From Narcine bancroftii (lineage: Eukaryota): 64,000 bases of DNA. The notes beneath the pieces are model-generated. The model was given only the letters and a program-made list of their open reading frames with translations. It did no database searches and was not told the origin of the DNA. Below are positions 1 to 11,050 of this stretch, one piece after another. A program made the position numbers and the translations under genes. Positions within the stretch are counted from its first letter, which is position 1. Each line of letters starts with the position of its first letter. Location: NCBI RefSeq assembly GCF_036971445.1, contig NC_091470.1, positions 228,036,001-228,100,000 of the forward strand, given 5' to 3'.

Positions 1-54
1 TATTCATTTCAGCATTGACCCATGCTACTTTATCCCCTTCCTTAAAAGAAAGAA

Positions 55-1227
55 AATCGTAATTGTGCTGTGTCATCTGGAAACTTGATGACACTGTTGG
101 AGCTGGATATAGCAATGCAGTCATGGGTTAGTAGTGTGAACAGGAGCAGGCTGAGTACACAACCCTGAAGTGTGCTCAGCGTGATATGTTCAATGTTCAA
201 TGACCCAGATAAACTGTGGTGTTTCTGCTAGCAAGTCCAGGATCTCACTTCAGAGGGGGTGTGAGGACAGCTTCTACACCAGCCTCTGGGGATTTATCAT
301 ATTAAACACATAGTTGAAGTCAATGAACAGTAGCCTGGCATATGAGGTGTTGTTTTCCAGGTGGGTCAGGATGGAGGGAAGGGACAAAGTTATAGCATTA
401 TCTGTAGTAGTTTCTTCTATAGGTGAATTGAAATGGATCCAGCGTCCCTGGGAGGTGTGCGTTGATGTATTCCATCACCAGGTGCTCAAAACATTTCATA
501 ATGGTGGAGGTCAGTGCCACAGGACGGTTATCATTGAAGCCTGTTATTGTCACCCTTTTGTGTACCGGGATGATGGTGGTTGTCTTAAACCATGCAGGAA
601 CAATGATCTACTGCCATGAGATGTTGAAGATGTCCCTGAAAACCTCCGTCAATTGGTTTGTGCAGTCCTTCAGTACCCGACCAGGTAGGTTGTCTGGCTC
701 CACTGCCTTGTGTGGGTTCACCTTGGATAGGGTTTGCCTCTCCTTGGCCTGTTCATCAGAGGGGACGTGGAGTTTTCTTTGTTATCAGCCTGTTCTTCTC
801 AACAAACTGTGCATAAAAGATATTCAGTCTGTCTGGAAGGAAGGGTTCATTATCCTTAACTTGCAAGATTGAGTTGCGATTCATTATAGTCTTGATTCTA
901 TGTCACATGTGCCTTGTGTTGCTAGTGTCACACAGCTGTCTGTGTGTACCCCACTTTGCCTTCCTAATTGCATGGGAGAGTTCAGCCATGCTTGATCTCA
1001 GTGCCATCCAACTCTTTCTGAAGGCAGCATCATGAGCTCTTAGAGTGGCCTGGACCTCTGCATCCAACCATGGTTTCTGGTTAGCCCTGGTTGTGAAGCA
1101 TTTGATCTCAGTGACATCCTCAATGTACTTGCTGATGTCACCAGTAACTGAACTCGTGTACACCTCCATGATTACATGACCATTGTAGGTAGCTGCCTCC
1201 CTGAAACAGCTCCAGTCCGTGGTATCA
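55..1227 (-). mobile_element. Rex1/Babar-type LINE, degenerate RT-side fragment (continues at 10127-10500)
   Basis: The minus strand encodes DTTDWSCFRE...EVYTSSVTGDISKYIEDVT...ANQKPW and decayed RT further on. It joins 10127-10500 to restore ALQDCFDTTDW. Confidence 0.8.
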
Positions 1228-3587
1228 GTTTTTTTGAAAATTTTAGTTTTGATTTTACAGACTCATGCTTTATACACAATGTAGATCAATCTTTTCCTTT
1301 TACAGACCACTTTGTATGAAGACTTTTTAAAAATTTTCTCCTCTTCCCTCTTCCCATCCCATCCCAAATTAACAGAAACAAACATATATTGCTGAGAATA
1401 ATAATACAAATACATTAAAATAACAAAACAGAGACAGAAAAAATATTTCGTTGGGGGGAGGGGGGAATGCCAACTGGGCCTCAAAGTTATTTCTTCAATC
1501 TTGGCATTCCGGGATTGGTGTGAGTCTACTGTCCACTGTTCCTTTTGAAGAAAGGCATCGGGAAGGTTAATCACTTATGTGTTCCAATGTACTCTAAGTA
1601 TAGTTGCCACACTTCAACAAACATGTCGTACTTCCACCTCAGGATATTGGTGATTTTCTCCAGGGGAATATAACTCTTCATTTCCGAGTTCCATTGTGCA
1701 GTGATCAGCTGGGAGTCAGAGTTCCAGGTAACTGCTATACATTTCCTGGCCACCCCCAAGGCAACTTTTACAAATTGAATTTGGTATATGGACAGTCTCA
1801 GACTCACATACATAAAATATCATCCAATAGGAACAGTGCTGGGTTCTGTGGATATTCCACCCCTGTAATTTTCTCCAGAATGTCCCCAAAGGCGATTCAC
1901 CAGGCTGATACCTGGAATGGCAGGAATAACTTATGAGGAAAGATTGCGCAAATTGGGATTGTATTCGCTGGAGTTCAGAAGATTGAGAGGGGATCTCATA
2001 GAGACATACAAAATTCTGGCAGGACTGGACAGAATGGATGCGGAAGGGATGTTTCCGATGGTGGGGGAGTCCATAACCCAGAGCCATGGTTCGAGGATAA
2101 TAGGCAAACCATTTAGAACCGAGATGAGGAGGAATTTCTTTACCCAGAGGGTGGTGAATCTGTGGAATTCATTGCCACAGAGAGCAGTAGAGGCAGGTTC
2201 ATTGAATATATTTAAGAGGGAATTAGATATATTTCTTCAGTATAAGGGAATTAGGGGTTACGGAGAGAAGGTGGGGACGGGATACTGAACTTTAAGATCA
2301 GCCATGATCTCATTGAATGGCGGAGCAGGCTCAAAGGGCCAAATGACCTACTCCTATCTTCTATGTTTCTATGACTCACTTTGGTATATAGCCAGGTTAA
2401 ATGTATAATGGTTCCTGTTTCCATGCCACATTTAAAGCACAATTCTGAAATCTCTGACTTTACCTTATGCAATTTTGGTGGCGTGAGGTATAGATGGTGC
2501 AGGAATTAAATTGCATTAGCCTTTTTCTAGCATTAATAACTGCTGTCATGCTGTCCTGACACAAGTCAGACCAGCATCACTGATGGATTGTTGTTCCTAA
2601 ATCTGACTCCCATCTTTGCCTTTATTTATGGAGGCCTGGTTTCAGGCCCTCATTGTGGAACAGGAGATATATAGCAGAAATGAATATATGTGATCCCCTT
2701 TTGAACTAGAGCCTCCATGTCACTACACATCGTCAGGGCCATAAGATGGGCCTAAACTGCCTCTCAAAATAGATCTTAATTAAAGATAGCAAAAGAAGGT
2801 CCTATTTGACAGATCAAATTTATTTTTTAATTGCTTGAATGACATGAGCTGCCTCCTTTCATAATAGTCCTTGATACACTAATCCCATTCTGGCACCAGA
2901 TGTCCAGGATCTTGTTACCCATGGTCATAGGTATCAATTTATTCTGGGTTAGGGGTGCTTTGGAGGACAACCCCACTTTTAACCCAATAATCTAGTTTAT
3001 ATTTTGGCACTTTTGAATTGTGTGCTTTAATATGGGGTTGTCCGTTTTTCCTGTTATTAATTTAGAATCCCATTTATATATAATCTCTCTTGCTATCTTC
3101 TCCCCTACCTTGTGTATATCAATTTGTGTCCAAGAGGGTATACCACCCCCCCAAAGAATAAGGCCACTATTTATTGAAGTCTGAGAGTCTCATTTCCTTC
3201 CAGACTATAATCCTAAGTCAATTTTCCCATGGAGACTCTAGCCACTTTACCCCTCCAAATAAACTGCCTAACATGTCCGTTGAGTGTCTTAAAGAAACTC
3301 TGGGGCAATGACATGAGCAAAGATTGAAAAGATATTGTAGCCTTGACATCATGTGCATTTTAATGCAGTTAACCCTACCCATCAATGTTATGGGCATACA
3401 AGTCCTCTTTGATCTTTCCAAGCAGTGGGATTCAATTTATATAAATTTTGTAGGTTATTGTCCACCCTTATCCCCAGATACTTAATGCCCTTTTGTGGCC
3501 ACTTGAACTTACTCTCCTGCTGATACTCTTCATAATCCCTTTTTGTAAGTGGCGTTATTTCACTCTTATTGTAATTGATTTTGTAAC
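1228..3587 (-). mobile_element. 5'-truncated L1/Tx1-like LINE (ORF2 C-terminal half plus 3' end), interrupted by CR1
   Basis: Minus-strand ORF2 motifs SYKINYNKSE, TLMGRVNCIKMHMMSRLQYLF, CFKCGMETGTIIHLTW and ARKCIAVTW. T-rich tail at about 1228-1260. Confidence 0.85.
1889..2373 (+). mobile_element. CR1 LINE 3' fragment
   Basis: ORF 1917-2288 reads YEERLRKLGLYSLEFRRLRGDLIETYKIL...RRNFFTQRVVNLWNSLP. The 3' UTR ends ctcctatcttctatgtttctatg. Confidence 0.92.
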
Positions 3588-4998
3588 TGTAATGGAAGAT
3601 TTAAACTGTTTTTTTACTTTTGCAGCCTTTGCTTCTGCAAGGCTGAGAACTTGCTTGTTTTTTTAGAATTAGTAGACACATCAAAATTCCACCATGGGGC
3701 CCAGGATGCAGTTGAATCAGTAGACATTATCTAATTTACACTATGAGGCCCAGGGATGGTATATGAATCAGTAGACATTATCTAATTTACACCATGAGGC
3801 CCAGGGATGGTATATGAATCAGTAGACATTATCTAATTTACACCATGAGGCCCAGATGCATATGAATTAAGATCTTTTCCACCATGAGGCCCAGAGATGC
3901 AGTTTTCTTTTGTTGGTCGCAGACTGTCAGGAGACCTTGAAGATAATTAAATCATTTCAAAGAGATAAGATCTGAAGTAAACAACTTTTGGGTAATATAA
4001 GCCATGTCTGAATCATGGGTCCTCTACCGGCATCACCTACGGCTCCTAGAACGCTTTCACCAGCGTTGTCTCCGCTCCATCCTCAACATTCATTGGAGCG
4101 ACTTCATCCCTAACATTGAAGTACTCGAGATGGCAGAAGCCGACAGCATCGAATCCACGCTGCTGAAGATCCAACTGCGCTGGGCAGGTCACGTCTCCAG
4201 AATGGAGGTCCATCGCCTTCCCAAGATCGTGTTATATGGCAAGCTCTCCACTGGCCACCGTGACAGAGGTGCACCAAAGAAGAGGTACAAGGACTGCCTA
4301 AAGAAATCTCTTGGTGCCTGCCACATTGACCACCGCCAGTGGGCTGATATTGCCTCAAACCGTGCATCTTGGCGCCTCACAGTTCGGCAGGCAGCAACCT
4401 CCTTTGAAGAAGACCGCAGAGCCCACCTCACTGATAAAAGACAAAGGAGGAAAAACCCAACACCCAACCCCAACCAACCAATTTTCCCCTGCAACCGCTG
4501 CAACCGTGTCTGCCTGTCCTGCATCAGACTTGTCAGCCACAAACGAGCCTGCACCTGACGTGGACATTACCCCTCCATAAATCTTCGTCCGCGAAGCCAA
4601 GCCAAAGAGAGAAGAAAGAGAGATAAGCCATGGTCCCACTGCTGAAGTTTGAGACTCTCCAAAAGGTGGCAACATCTCTCAGCAAGAAGAAGAACTTCAA
4701 GAGTCCAGCTAATGTCCCGGTCGAGGGAGGTAGAGAAGCTGCTACTGGCGCCCCGACAACCAATTACAAGTGTGCAGTTGCTGCCTCGCTTTGGCAGTTA
4801 GGACCAGTCCAGGTGTTGATAAGTATAATTGGGAAGGGCTTGCATATTGTAGTGTGAATTCAGCTTTAAATTTGGTAATAAAGACTTGTATAAAATGAAC
4901 TGCTCTTGGTGTGTGTGTGTCTATTTTCTTTTGGTAGCTCAAACACTGTGACCAATCTAAAACGAACAAAAGTGAGAGGTACAAGTTTACCCAAGACA
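3588..4998 (+). repeat. ERV 5' LTR (contains a ~50-bp tandem array and an RTE insertion)
   Basis: Starts tgtaatggaagatttaaa and ends acccaagaca, matching the ends of 9543-10121. AATAAA at about 4877. Confidence 0.92.
4007..4622 (+). mobile_element. 5'-truncated RTE LINE inserted in the ERV 5' LTR
   Basis: ORF 4004-4558 with LERFHQRCLRSIL...QLRWAGHVSRM...RLPKIVLYG. Purine-rich tail. 10-bp TSD ATAAGCCATG (3997-4006 and 4623-4632). The 3' LTR shows the empty site. Confidence 0.93.
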
Positions 4999-5000
4999 AT

Positions 5001-5018
5001 TGGCGCTGTGAACAGGAT
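5001..5018 (+). promoter_or_regulatory. ERV primer-binding site, tRNA-Ser-like
   Basis: TGGCGCTGTGAACAGGAT lies 2 nt after the LTR. It is 17/18 identical to the complement of the vertebrate tRNA-Ser(CGA) 3' end as I recall it (TGGCGCTGTGAGCAGGAT). Confidence 0.75.
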
Positions 5019-5029
5019 TGGTCTCAAGA

Positions 5030-7290
5030 TGTTTCGCCGAAAGAGGTGAGCCCTGAGCAGTTCTTGATTCAGTGTTGGACTTCCAAAGACAATGGGTTTG
5101 GCATGTTGGCCAATACCCTGTCTTTGTTGGGACCACCCATTAGTTGGGATGAGGAGTTAGATCCATCAAGTGCACCTCTGGGAGAGTGGGTTGCCACTCT
5201 CCTTCGAGAAAGTAAATTTCCTGGTAAAAAAAATGAACGCTGAGAAACGGTTTTTGGCTGCTGGCCGCAGCCTTATACCACTCCGTTAAGCATGAAGCAG
5301 AATTAGTTCAAAGAGAAGTAGAATCTCAGCACAAGAGAGAGCAATTAGAGGAGGAGCTAAAAGCCATGTGACAACGCCATTACATGATTAGCGAGAATGT
5401 TCGCACCAGTCAGGACCGAGCCAAAGAATGGAAAGATAAGCATGTCCAAAAGATCTGCGTAATATTAAACTCCGGTAGCAACTCTGTGCAGATAAAGAAA
5501 GGCATGGAGTAGAACCCGATCCACATCGTATTTGTGCCATGATAAGGAATGGCGACGATCCTGATGTAATTGATGAATGGAACGGGAATATCTGGAATGA
5601 TGATCATGGTAATAATGCAGATACTCCTCAGCATGTAGATAACATACTGCCCTCTCCACCTGCTGTTCACGCCCACCCCATAAGGCAGCAGACTTAGCAA
5701 ACAGACGGAAGGAGGGATGATGATGTAAGGGTAGAGATTGAAGGGATAGATACCCCGATCTCCCAAGCGGACACGGGAAAATACCCGAACCCCTGCTTAT
5801 GCTCTATGGCCTATCCCCTCTACGGGATGGCCTAGGCCTCATCCCGTCCACTGGGCAAATGACCCTGTGGGCCAAAGTGGGAGCAGAGGTCAAAAGCAGT
5901 CAATGATACATGACTTCTCTATAAAAGAGCTGGCTGCCATTGGAGATCGATTTAGGCAAAAAGCGGGAGAAACTCTGGCAGCCTGGCTCCTGCGTGTTTG
6001 GGAGCAAGGAGGGGGGTAATGTATATTTAGCCCCTGAGGAATTGTTGGGATTAGGAACATTGACTACTGATATCCAGGTCACTGCTGAGCTGCGGGGTAG
6101 AGGAAGAGAGATGGATTACTAACTTGCCACTCTAGGGGATGCCCTGCTACGAGTATACCCATCACCAGTAGATTGGGATTTACATTTGCAGAATTGGGGC
6201 ACCCCAGAGGAGGGTATAGCTGTAATTCATCAGCAGGCCCTGGCCTCTGTCTTGTATGCAGGGCGTTTTAGGCTGTGAGTATATGGGGGGAGCCCTGATG
6301 AAGAGATATTCACAGCCGGAATGCATACCTGATTGGTTCGTTCCGCCCAACCCACTGTACGGGGACTGGTTCTGTCCGTAACTAGTCCGCTAATTGGGCA
6401 CCCTGTGTCTGAGGCGGTGCACGCCTTATCTGGGCTTAGAGAATTAGAGTTTGGAAGTAAAATCCACTCACGTACAACTCAAGTTAAATTTGACAAGCAG
6501 GATGAAAAGAGAGGGGCTGCTGCTAATAACGGACCGACAAGAAAGGACCTTTTTCTAACCTTGTTAAAGTTAGGCGTACCTAAAAGTGATATTGATAGGA
6601 AACCTACTGTGGTCCTTTATGCCCTTTATAAGAGAAAGGCAAGAGAACATCATACCCAGCTGTTGAGTCTTCCTGGCCCAACTGTGCCTTCTGCTCCCAC
6701 TGCTGCTCCTATCGAGCCAGCTTCTCTTCTCTTGCTCCAGTTATCCATGATGAGATACAACAAATGATTAAAAAGGCTCTTATGGATAATAGTGGCACGT
6801 GGGCCTGGAAGCCTCCCGAACCCTACTAAAGCACGAGGGTGTGGGCAGGGCCTCCGTGTCTACTCTATTGAGACACGGCGGATACATGGGGACCCACGGC
6901 CCTACACAACATTAACAATCCATTGTGGTGGGGGTAATGACTGCCAATATTTGGCCTTGGTTGACACCAGTACGGAGCACTCGGTGATTCCTGTAACCCC
7001 GACCTCTGGACTGGACCGACATTTCGAATAGAGGGGATGGGAGGAGCGATCACCCTGGCGAAGGAAATAAAAGTCCGCGCCACGGTGGGTAATGTCCCTT
7101 CCCCTATATGGTTACATGCCCTGGTGGCTGCCACTGACAAGTGTATCCTGGGTATTAATATGTTGCCCAGTACGGCCCTTAATACTAGCCAAGGGGGATT
7201 TGCATTTGGAATTCGGACTATTACAAAGAGACTAGTGGTGGGTCGAGCTAAGTGGGATCCTGTGATGGTGCCTCTCCCCCCCCACCCCCG
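5030..7290 (+). pseudogene. gag: ERV gag and protease, frameshifted
   Basis: Broken ORFs between the PBS and pol. Protease-like ALVDTSTEHSVI (6792-7031) and KCILGINML (7037-7399). Confidence 0.7.
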
Positions 7291-7298
7291 AAACCAGT

Positions 7299-9119
7299 AT
7301 GCATTCCACAATATCACCTCCTGGGGGGCAGGAAGAGATTACTGCCACCATCGATGCTTTGCAAGAAGGAGTAGTGAGGCCTGCAACGTCGCCCTTTAAT
7401 AGCCTTGTTTGGCTGGTCCAGAAGCCGGATGGCTCCTGGAGAATGACAGTTGACTATTGTTTTTTGAACAAACATGCCCCACCACTTGCTTTGGCCATTC
7501 CGGACATTGTTACCCTTATTGAAAACATTGCTACTGGGAACTCAGGAACATGGTATGCTGTCATTGATCTCGCTAACGCCTTCTTCAGTATTCTTATAGC
7601 TGAGGTCTCACAGGATCAGTTCGCTTTTACCTGGAAAGGGCATCAGTATACCTTTACCTGCCTCCCTCAGGGCTATGTCCACTCTCCCACTATTTGCCAC
7701 AGCCTAATTGTCTGTGATTTGGAGACGGTGCCAGTATCGCCTTCCCTCTCAATTCACCATTATATTGATGATGTGATGATCCAAGGGGCCACGGAAGAGA
7801 TGGTACAGAAAGCAGAACAAGAGGACACCTGGTTTACTGATGGTAGCAGCCGGTGGGTGCAAGGAAAGCAGAAGTGGAAGGCGGTGGCTTACCATCCCAG
7901 GTCAGGAACTCACTTATTGGAGGAGGGGGATGGTGGCTCCAGTCAGTATGCTGAGTTGAAGGCGGTCACTTTACCACTAGACACCCATGATCACCCTCTT
8001 CGCTTGTTTACTGATTCCTGGGCTGTGGCTAATGGACTAGTGATATGGGTGTCAGATTGGCAAAAGAATGACTGGCTGGTACATGACTGCCCAGTATGGG
8101 GAAAACAGTTGTGTCAGCTGTTGTGGGATGCTTCCCATCATCGTGAGATAACAGTATATCATGTTGACGCCCATATCAGTGCGACGACGAACATAGCACA
8201 ACATAATGCAGTAGATCAGCTTGCCACTATCAGCCACGCCGATACTGTCCCCCTGGCTCGATGGGCACACGAACAGAGTGGCCATTTGGAGGAGAAGGGA
8301 TCAGCTATGTGTGCCCGTACACATGCCTTACCTGTCCATCAGGATGATGTCCGCATGGTCATGCATATATGCCCAGCATGCCAGCTTGTGAAGTCCTGTA
8401 CCATTCCTCCTGGTCCGCATGGCCGAATAAGATGGGGAGCTCGCTCAGCTGCGGTCTGGCAAATTGATTACATAGGCCCTATGCCAGACTGTATGGGTAA
8501 ACATTACGTCCTAGTAATGGTTGACACCTTTTCGGGCCTGGTTTTTGCTTTTCCCACCAAGACGGCTGACCAAGCTAGCACTATCCAAGGACTAAACCAT
8601 TTAATTTCTCGTTATGATGTACCAGAGGAAATTCAGTCTGATAATGGCTCGCACTTCTCCAGGAAGGCAATCTGTGATTGGGCAGCTGACAACAGTATTT
8701 TATGGGTCCACCATATTCCTTATTACCCACAGGCTGCCGGGGTAGTTGAACGAATGAATGGCTTACTGAAGGAACAAATTTGTTTGTTAACACCACTGGG
8801 GACTCTGAAGGGGTGGTGCCATGTGCTGCAGCAGGCAGTCGACAATTTGAATCATCGCCCTTTGAAGGGAGGAACACCTTTCCACTGACTTCTTCACGCT
8901 TCTGAACTACAGCCTATTCCAGAGGAAAAACAGTCATTGCCCCCCATTCCCGAGCTAGAGAATGCCGGACAAAAGATAAGGGTGGCACCAACAGGTAGTG
9001 GCCCTCCTGTAAAAGGGGAAATAGTGACACCTGCCCAGGGTAACACTCGGTGGGTAGCTATTGAGGGACAGGATGGTTTAGTTTGTTTAAATACTGAACG
9101 CTTACGGCATCGTGAGTGA
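7299..9119 (+). pseudogene. pol: ERV pol (RT-RNase H-integrase) with an in-frame internal deletion
   Basis: FNSLVWLVQKPDGSWRMTVDY, IDLANAFFSI, LPQGYVHSP and HYIDD, followed within about 20 aa by WFTDGSS. HHCC zinc motif and DDE core. Stop at 8888; the C-terminal integrase piece runs to 9119. Confidence 0.9.
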
Positions 9120-9129
9120 CATACGTCAG

Positions 9130-9520
9130 GCTTCTCTGATCCAGGTTCTCCGTCTTGCACTCCTGCTAATCTGGCTTAACCGCTGCTTTGATGCCAGTAA
9201 TTGTATTTGTAATGTCGAGGACGTTCCGAGGGAGTTGCCCGTGGGGGTCATGGCCCGATGTATCCACTAATATATCTGATATTGTTAAGCATGTTTCAAA
9301 ATCTGTTTGTGAGCTTCAGTGTCTGGGTACTGTGGCCCACAAGGATATTTTGAGCCTTGATTGGAATCCTTTTTCATGGTTAAATAGTACATTTGGGGGA
9401 GTGGACCACAATATTCTCCGTTGGTTGCTCGATTATTGCCTATTTTTGTGCTTATTATAGTTTTAGTTTTTCTTTTTCACTCCTTCTGTACTCAAATGCT
9501 TGTTGGGTCTCGTAAGTGAC
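9130..9520 (+). pseudogene. env: Collapsed env remnant (signal-peptide-like start joined to a TM C-terminal part)
   Basis: Hydrophobic VLRLALLLIWLNRCFDA at 9145. In another frame, PDVSTNISDIVKHVSKSV...LDWNPFSWLNSTFGG...NILRWLL plus a hydrophobic run. It lies between integrase and the PPT. Confidence 0.6.
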
Positions 9521-9542
9521 AGGTTGCGACCAAGGGGTGGAA

Positions 9543-10121
9543 TGTAATGGAAGATTTAAAGTGTTTTTTACTTTTGCAGTCTTTGCTTCTGCAAGGCTGA
9601 GAACCTGCTTGTTTTTTAAAATTAGTAGACACATCAAAATTCCACCATGTGGCCCAGGATGCAGTTTTCTTTTGTTGGTCACAGACTGTCAGATCTTGAA
9701 GATAATTAAATCATTTGTTCAAAGAGATAAGATCTGAAGTAAACAACTTTTGGGTAATATAAGCCATGGTCCCACTGCTGAAGTTTGAGACTCTCCAAGA
9801 GGTGGCAACATCTCTCAGCAAGAAGAAGAGTCCAGCTAACGTCCCGGTCGAGGGAGGTGGAGGAAGTGCTACCGGCGCCCCGACAACCTACTACAAGTGT
9901 GCAGTCGTTGCCTCGCTTCGGCAGTTGGGACCACTCCAGGCGTTGATAAGTATAATTGGGAAGGGCTTGCATATTGTAGTGTGAATTCAGCTTTAGATTT
10001 AGTAATAAAGACTTGTATAAACTGAACTGCTCTCGGTGTGTGTGTCTATTTTCTTTCGGTAGCTCAAACACTGACCAATCTAAAACGAACAAAAGTGAGA
10101 AGTACAAGTTTACCCAAGACA
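9543..10121 (+). repeat. ERV 3' LTR, preceded by polypurine tract caaggggtggaa (9531-9542)
   Basis: Direct repeat of the 5' LTR with TG...CA ends, followed by TSD GTAAC. Confidence 0.93.
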
Positions 10122-10126
10122 GTAAC

Positions 10127-10500
10127 TCAAAGCAATCTTGCAGCGCTGCTGTGGACTTTACCCCGGCCACTTGCTGATCTTCCTGAAAACTGACCTAGTT
10201 TACTTTGTTCACTGGGATTAGCAGGACAGATATGTTATCCGAATAACCAAGGTGGAGGCAAGGTGCAGCCTTGTACACACCAGGGACGTTGGTATACATC
10301 CAATCTAGGTTACTCTCTCCTTTGGTGGCAAATGTGGTAAGACTGCTTTCAAGTTGACATGATTGAAGTTGCCCACAGCAATCATAGCACTGTCAGGGTG
10401 GGACAACTGGGCTTCACAGATGGCACCGTAAAGCTCCTTCATGGGTTCTGTCTCATTAGCCAAAGGCAGAACATAGACTGCGGCATTCAGCATGGCCAAG
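10127..10500 (-). mobile_element. Rex1/Babar LINE endonuclease-side fragment (other half of 55-1227)
   Basis: Minus strand AVYVLPLAN...ELYGAICEAQLSHPDSAMIAVGNFNHVNLKAVLP...STAALQDCF. Confidence 0.8.
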
Positions 10501-10863
10501 AATTCTCTGAACAGGTGGAAGGGCTTCATTAGAAGTAGCACGTCAAAAACAAATATCACCTGTAAAGTGCACTTTGGCAAGACAGGAAACAAAAGGGAAG
10601 CAAATGCACACCTTATGCCTGGTAACACCACTTCACTGGAAATGGATAGTGGCATTAGTGGAGATAGAGAAATGAACCAGAGTGTATTGAAAAGAACAAT
10701 CCTTCAGAATGTTGAGAGAAGATGACATGATGTACTTGCTAGTGACATCCTATTTCTGGTGTCAGAAACAAGGAAGAATGGTCTGTCAACTTTAGAGGGC
10801 GGTAGGATGGAAGACTACTTTCTTTTCTTAGGCAGCCCCTTACGATCAAGGATTATTTGCTGC

Positions 10864-11050
10864 TGTACTGACAATAACCACAAAAGCAGTGCGAGTATAA
10901 GACAGCTTTAATAAACTAATATGTACACTAAGAGGTCTTGTCTGTCTGCAAGACAAACCTAGAAGGCTAGACTGTAGCTCTGGACCGCTTTATATACAAG
11001 GTCATCAGTATGACCCCTGGTGATCTAGTGGTGTAATTACATATCACTAC
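10864..11050 (-). repeat. Probable short solo LTR (Gypsy-like)
   Basis: About 190 bp starting tgtac and ending atatcactac. The minus strand has TATA-like tatataaa and ATTAAA. Possible CTGC duplication at the flanks. Confidence 0.4.

Larger units (their letters stand above)
3588..10121 (+). mobile_element. Endogenous retrovirus, class III (ERV-L/ERV-S-like), defective provirus
   Basis: Paired TG...CA LTRs at 3588-4998 and 9543-10121. 5-bp TSD GTAAC (3583-3587 and 10122-10126). PBS, PPT and gag-pro-pol remnants with HYIDD RT, FTDGS RNase H and WQIDYIGP/SDNGSHF integrase. Confidence 0.92.

Noticed and set aside
3670-3905. Regular repeats that could be mistaken for a CRISPR array
   Set aside because: They are head-to-tail tandem units with no unique spacers, inside a retroviral LTR, in eukaryotic DNA with no cas genes.
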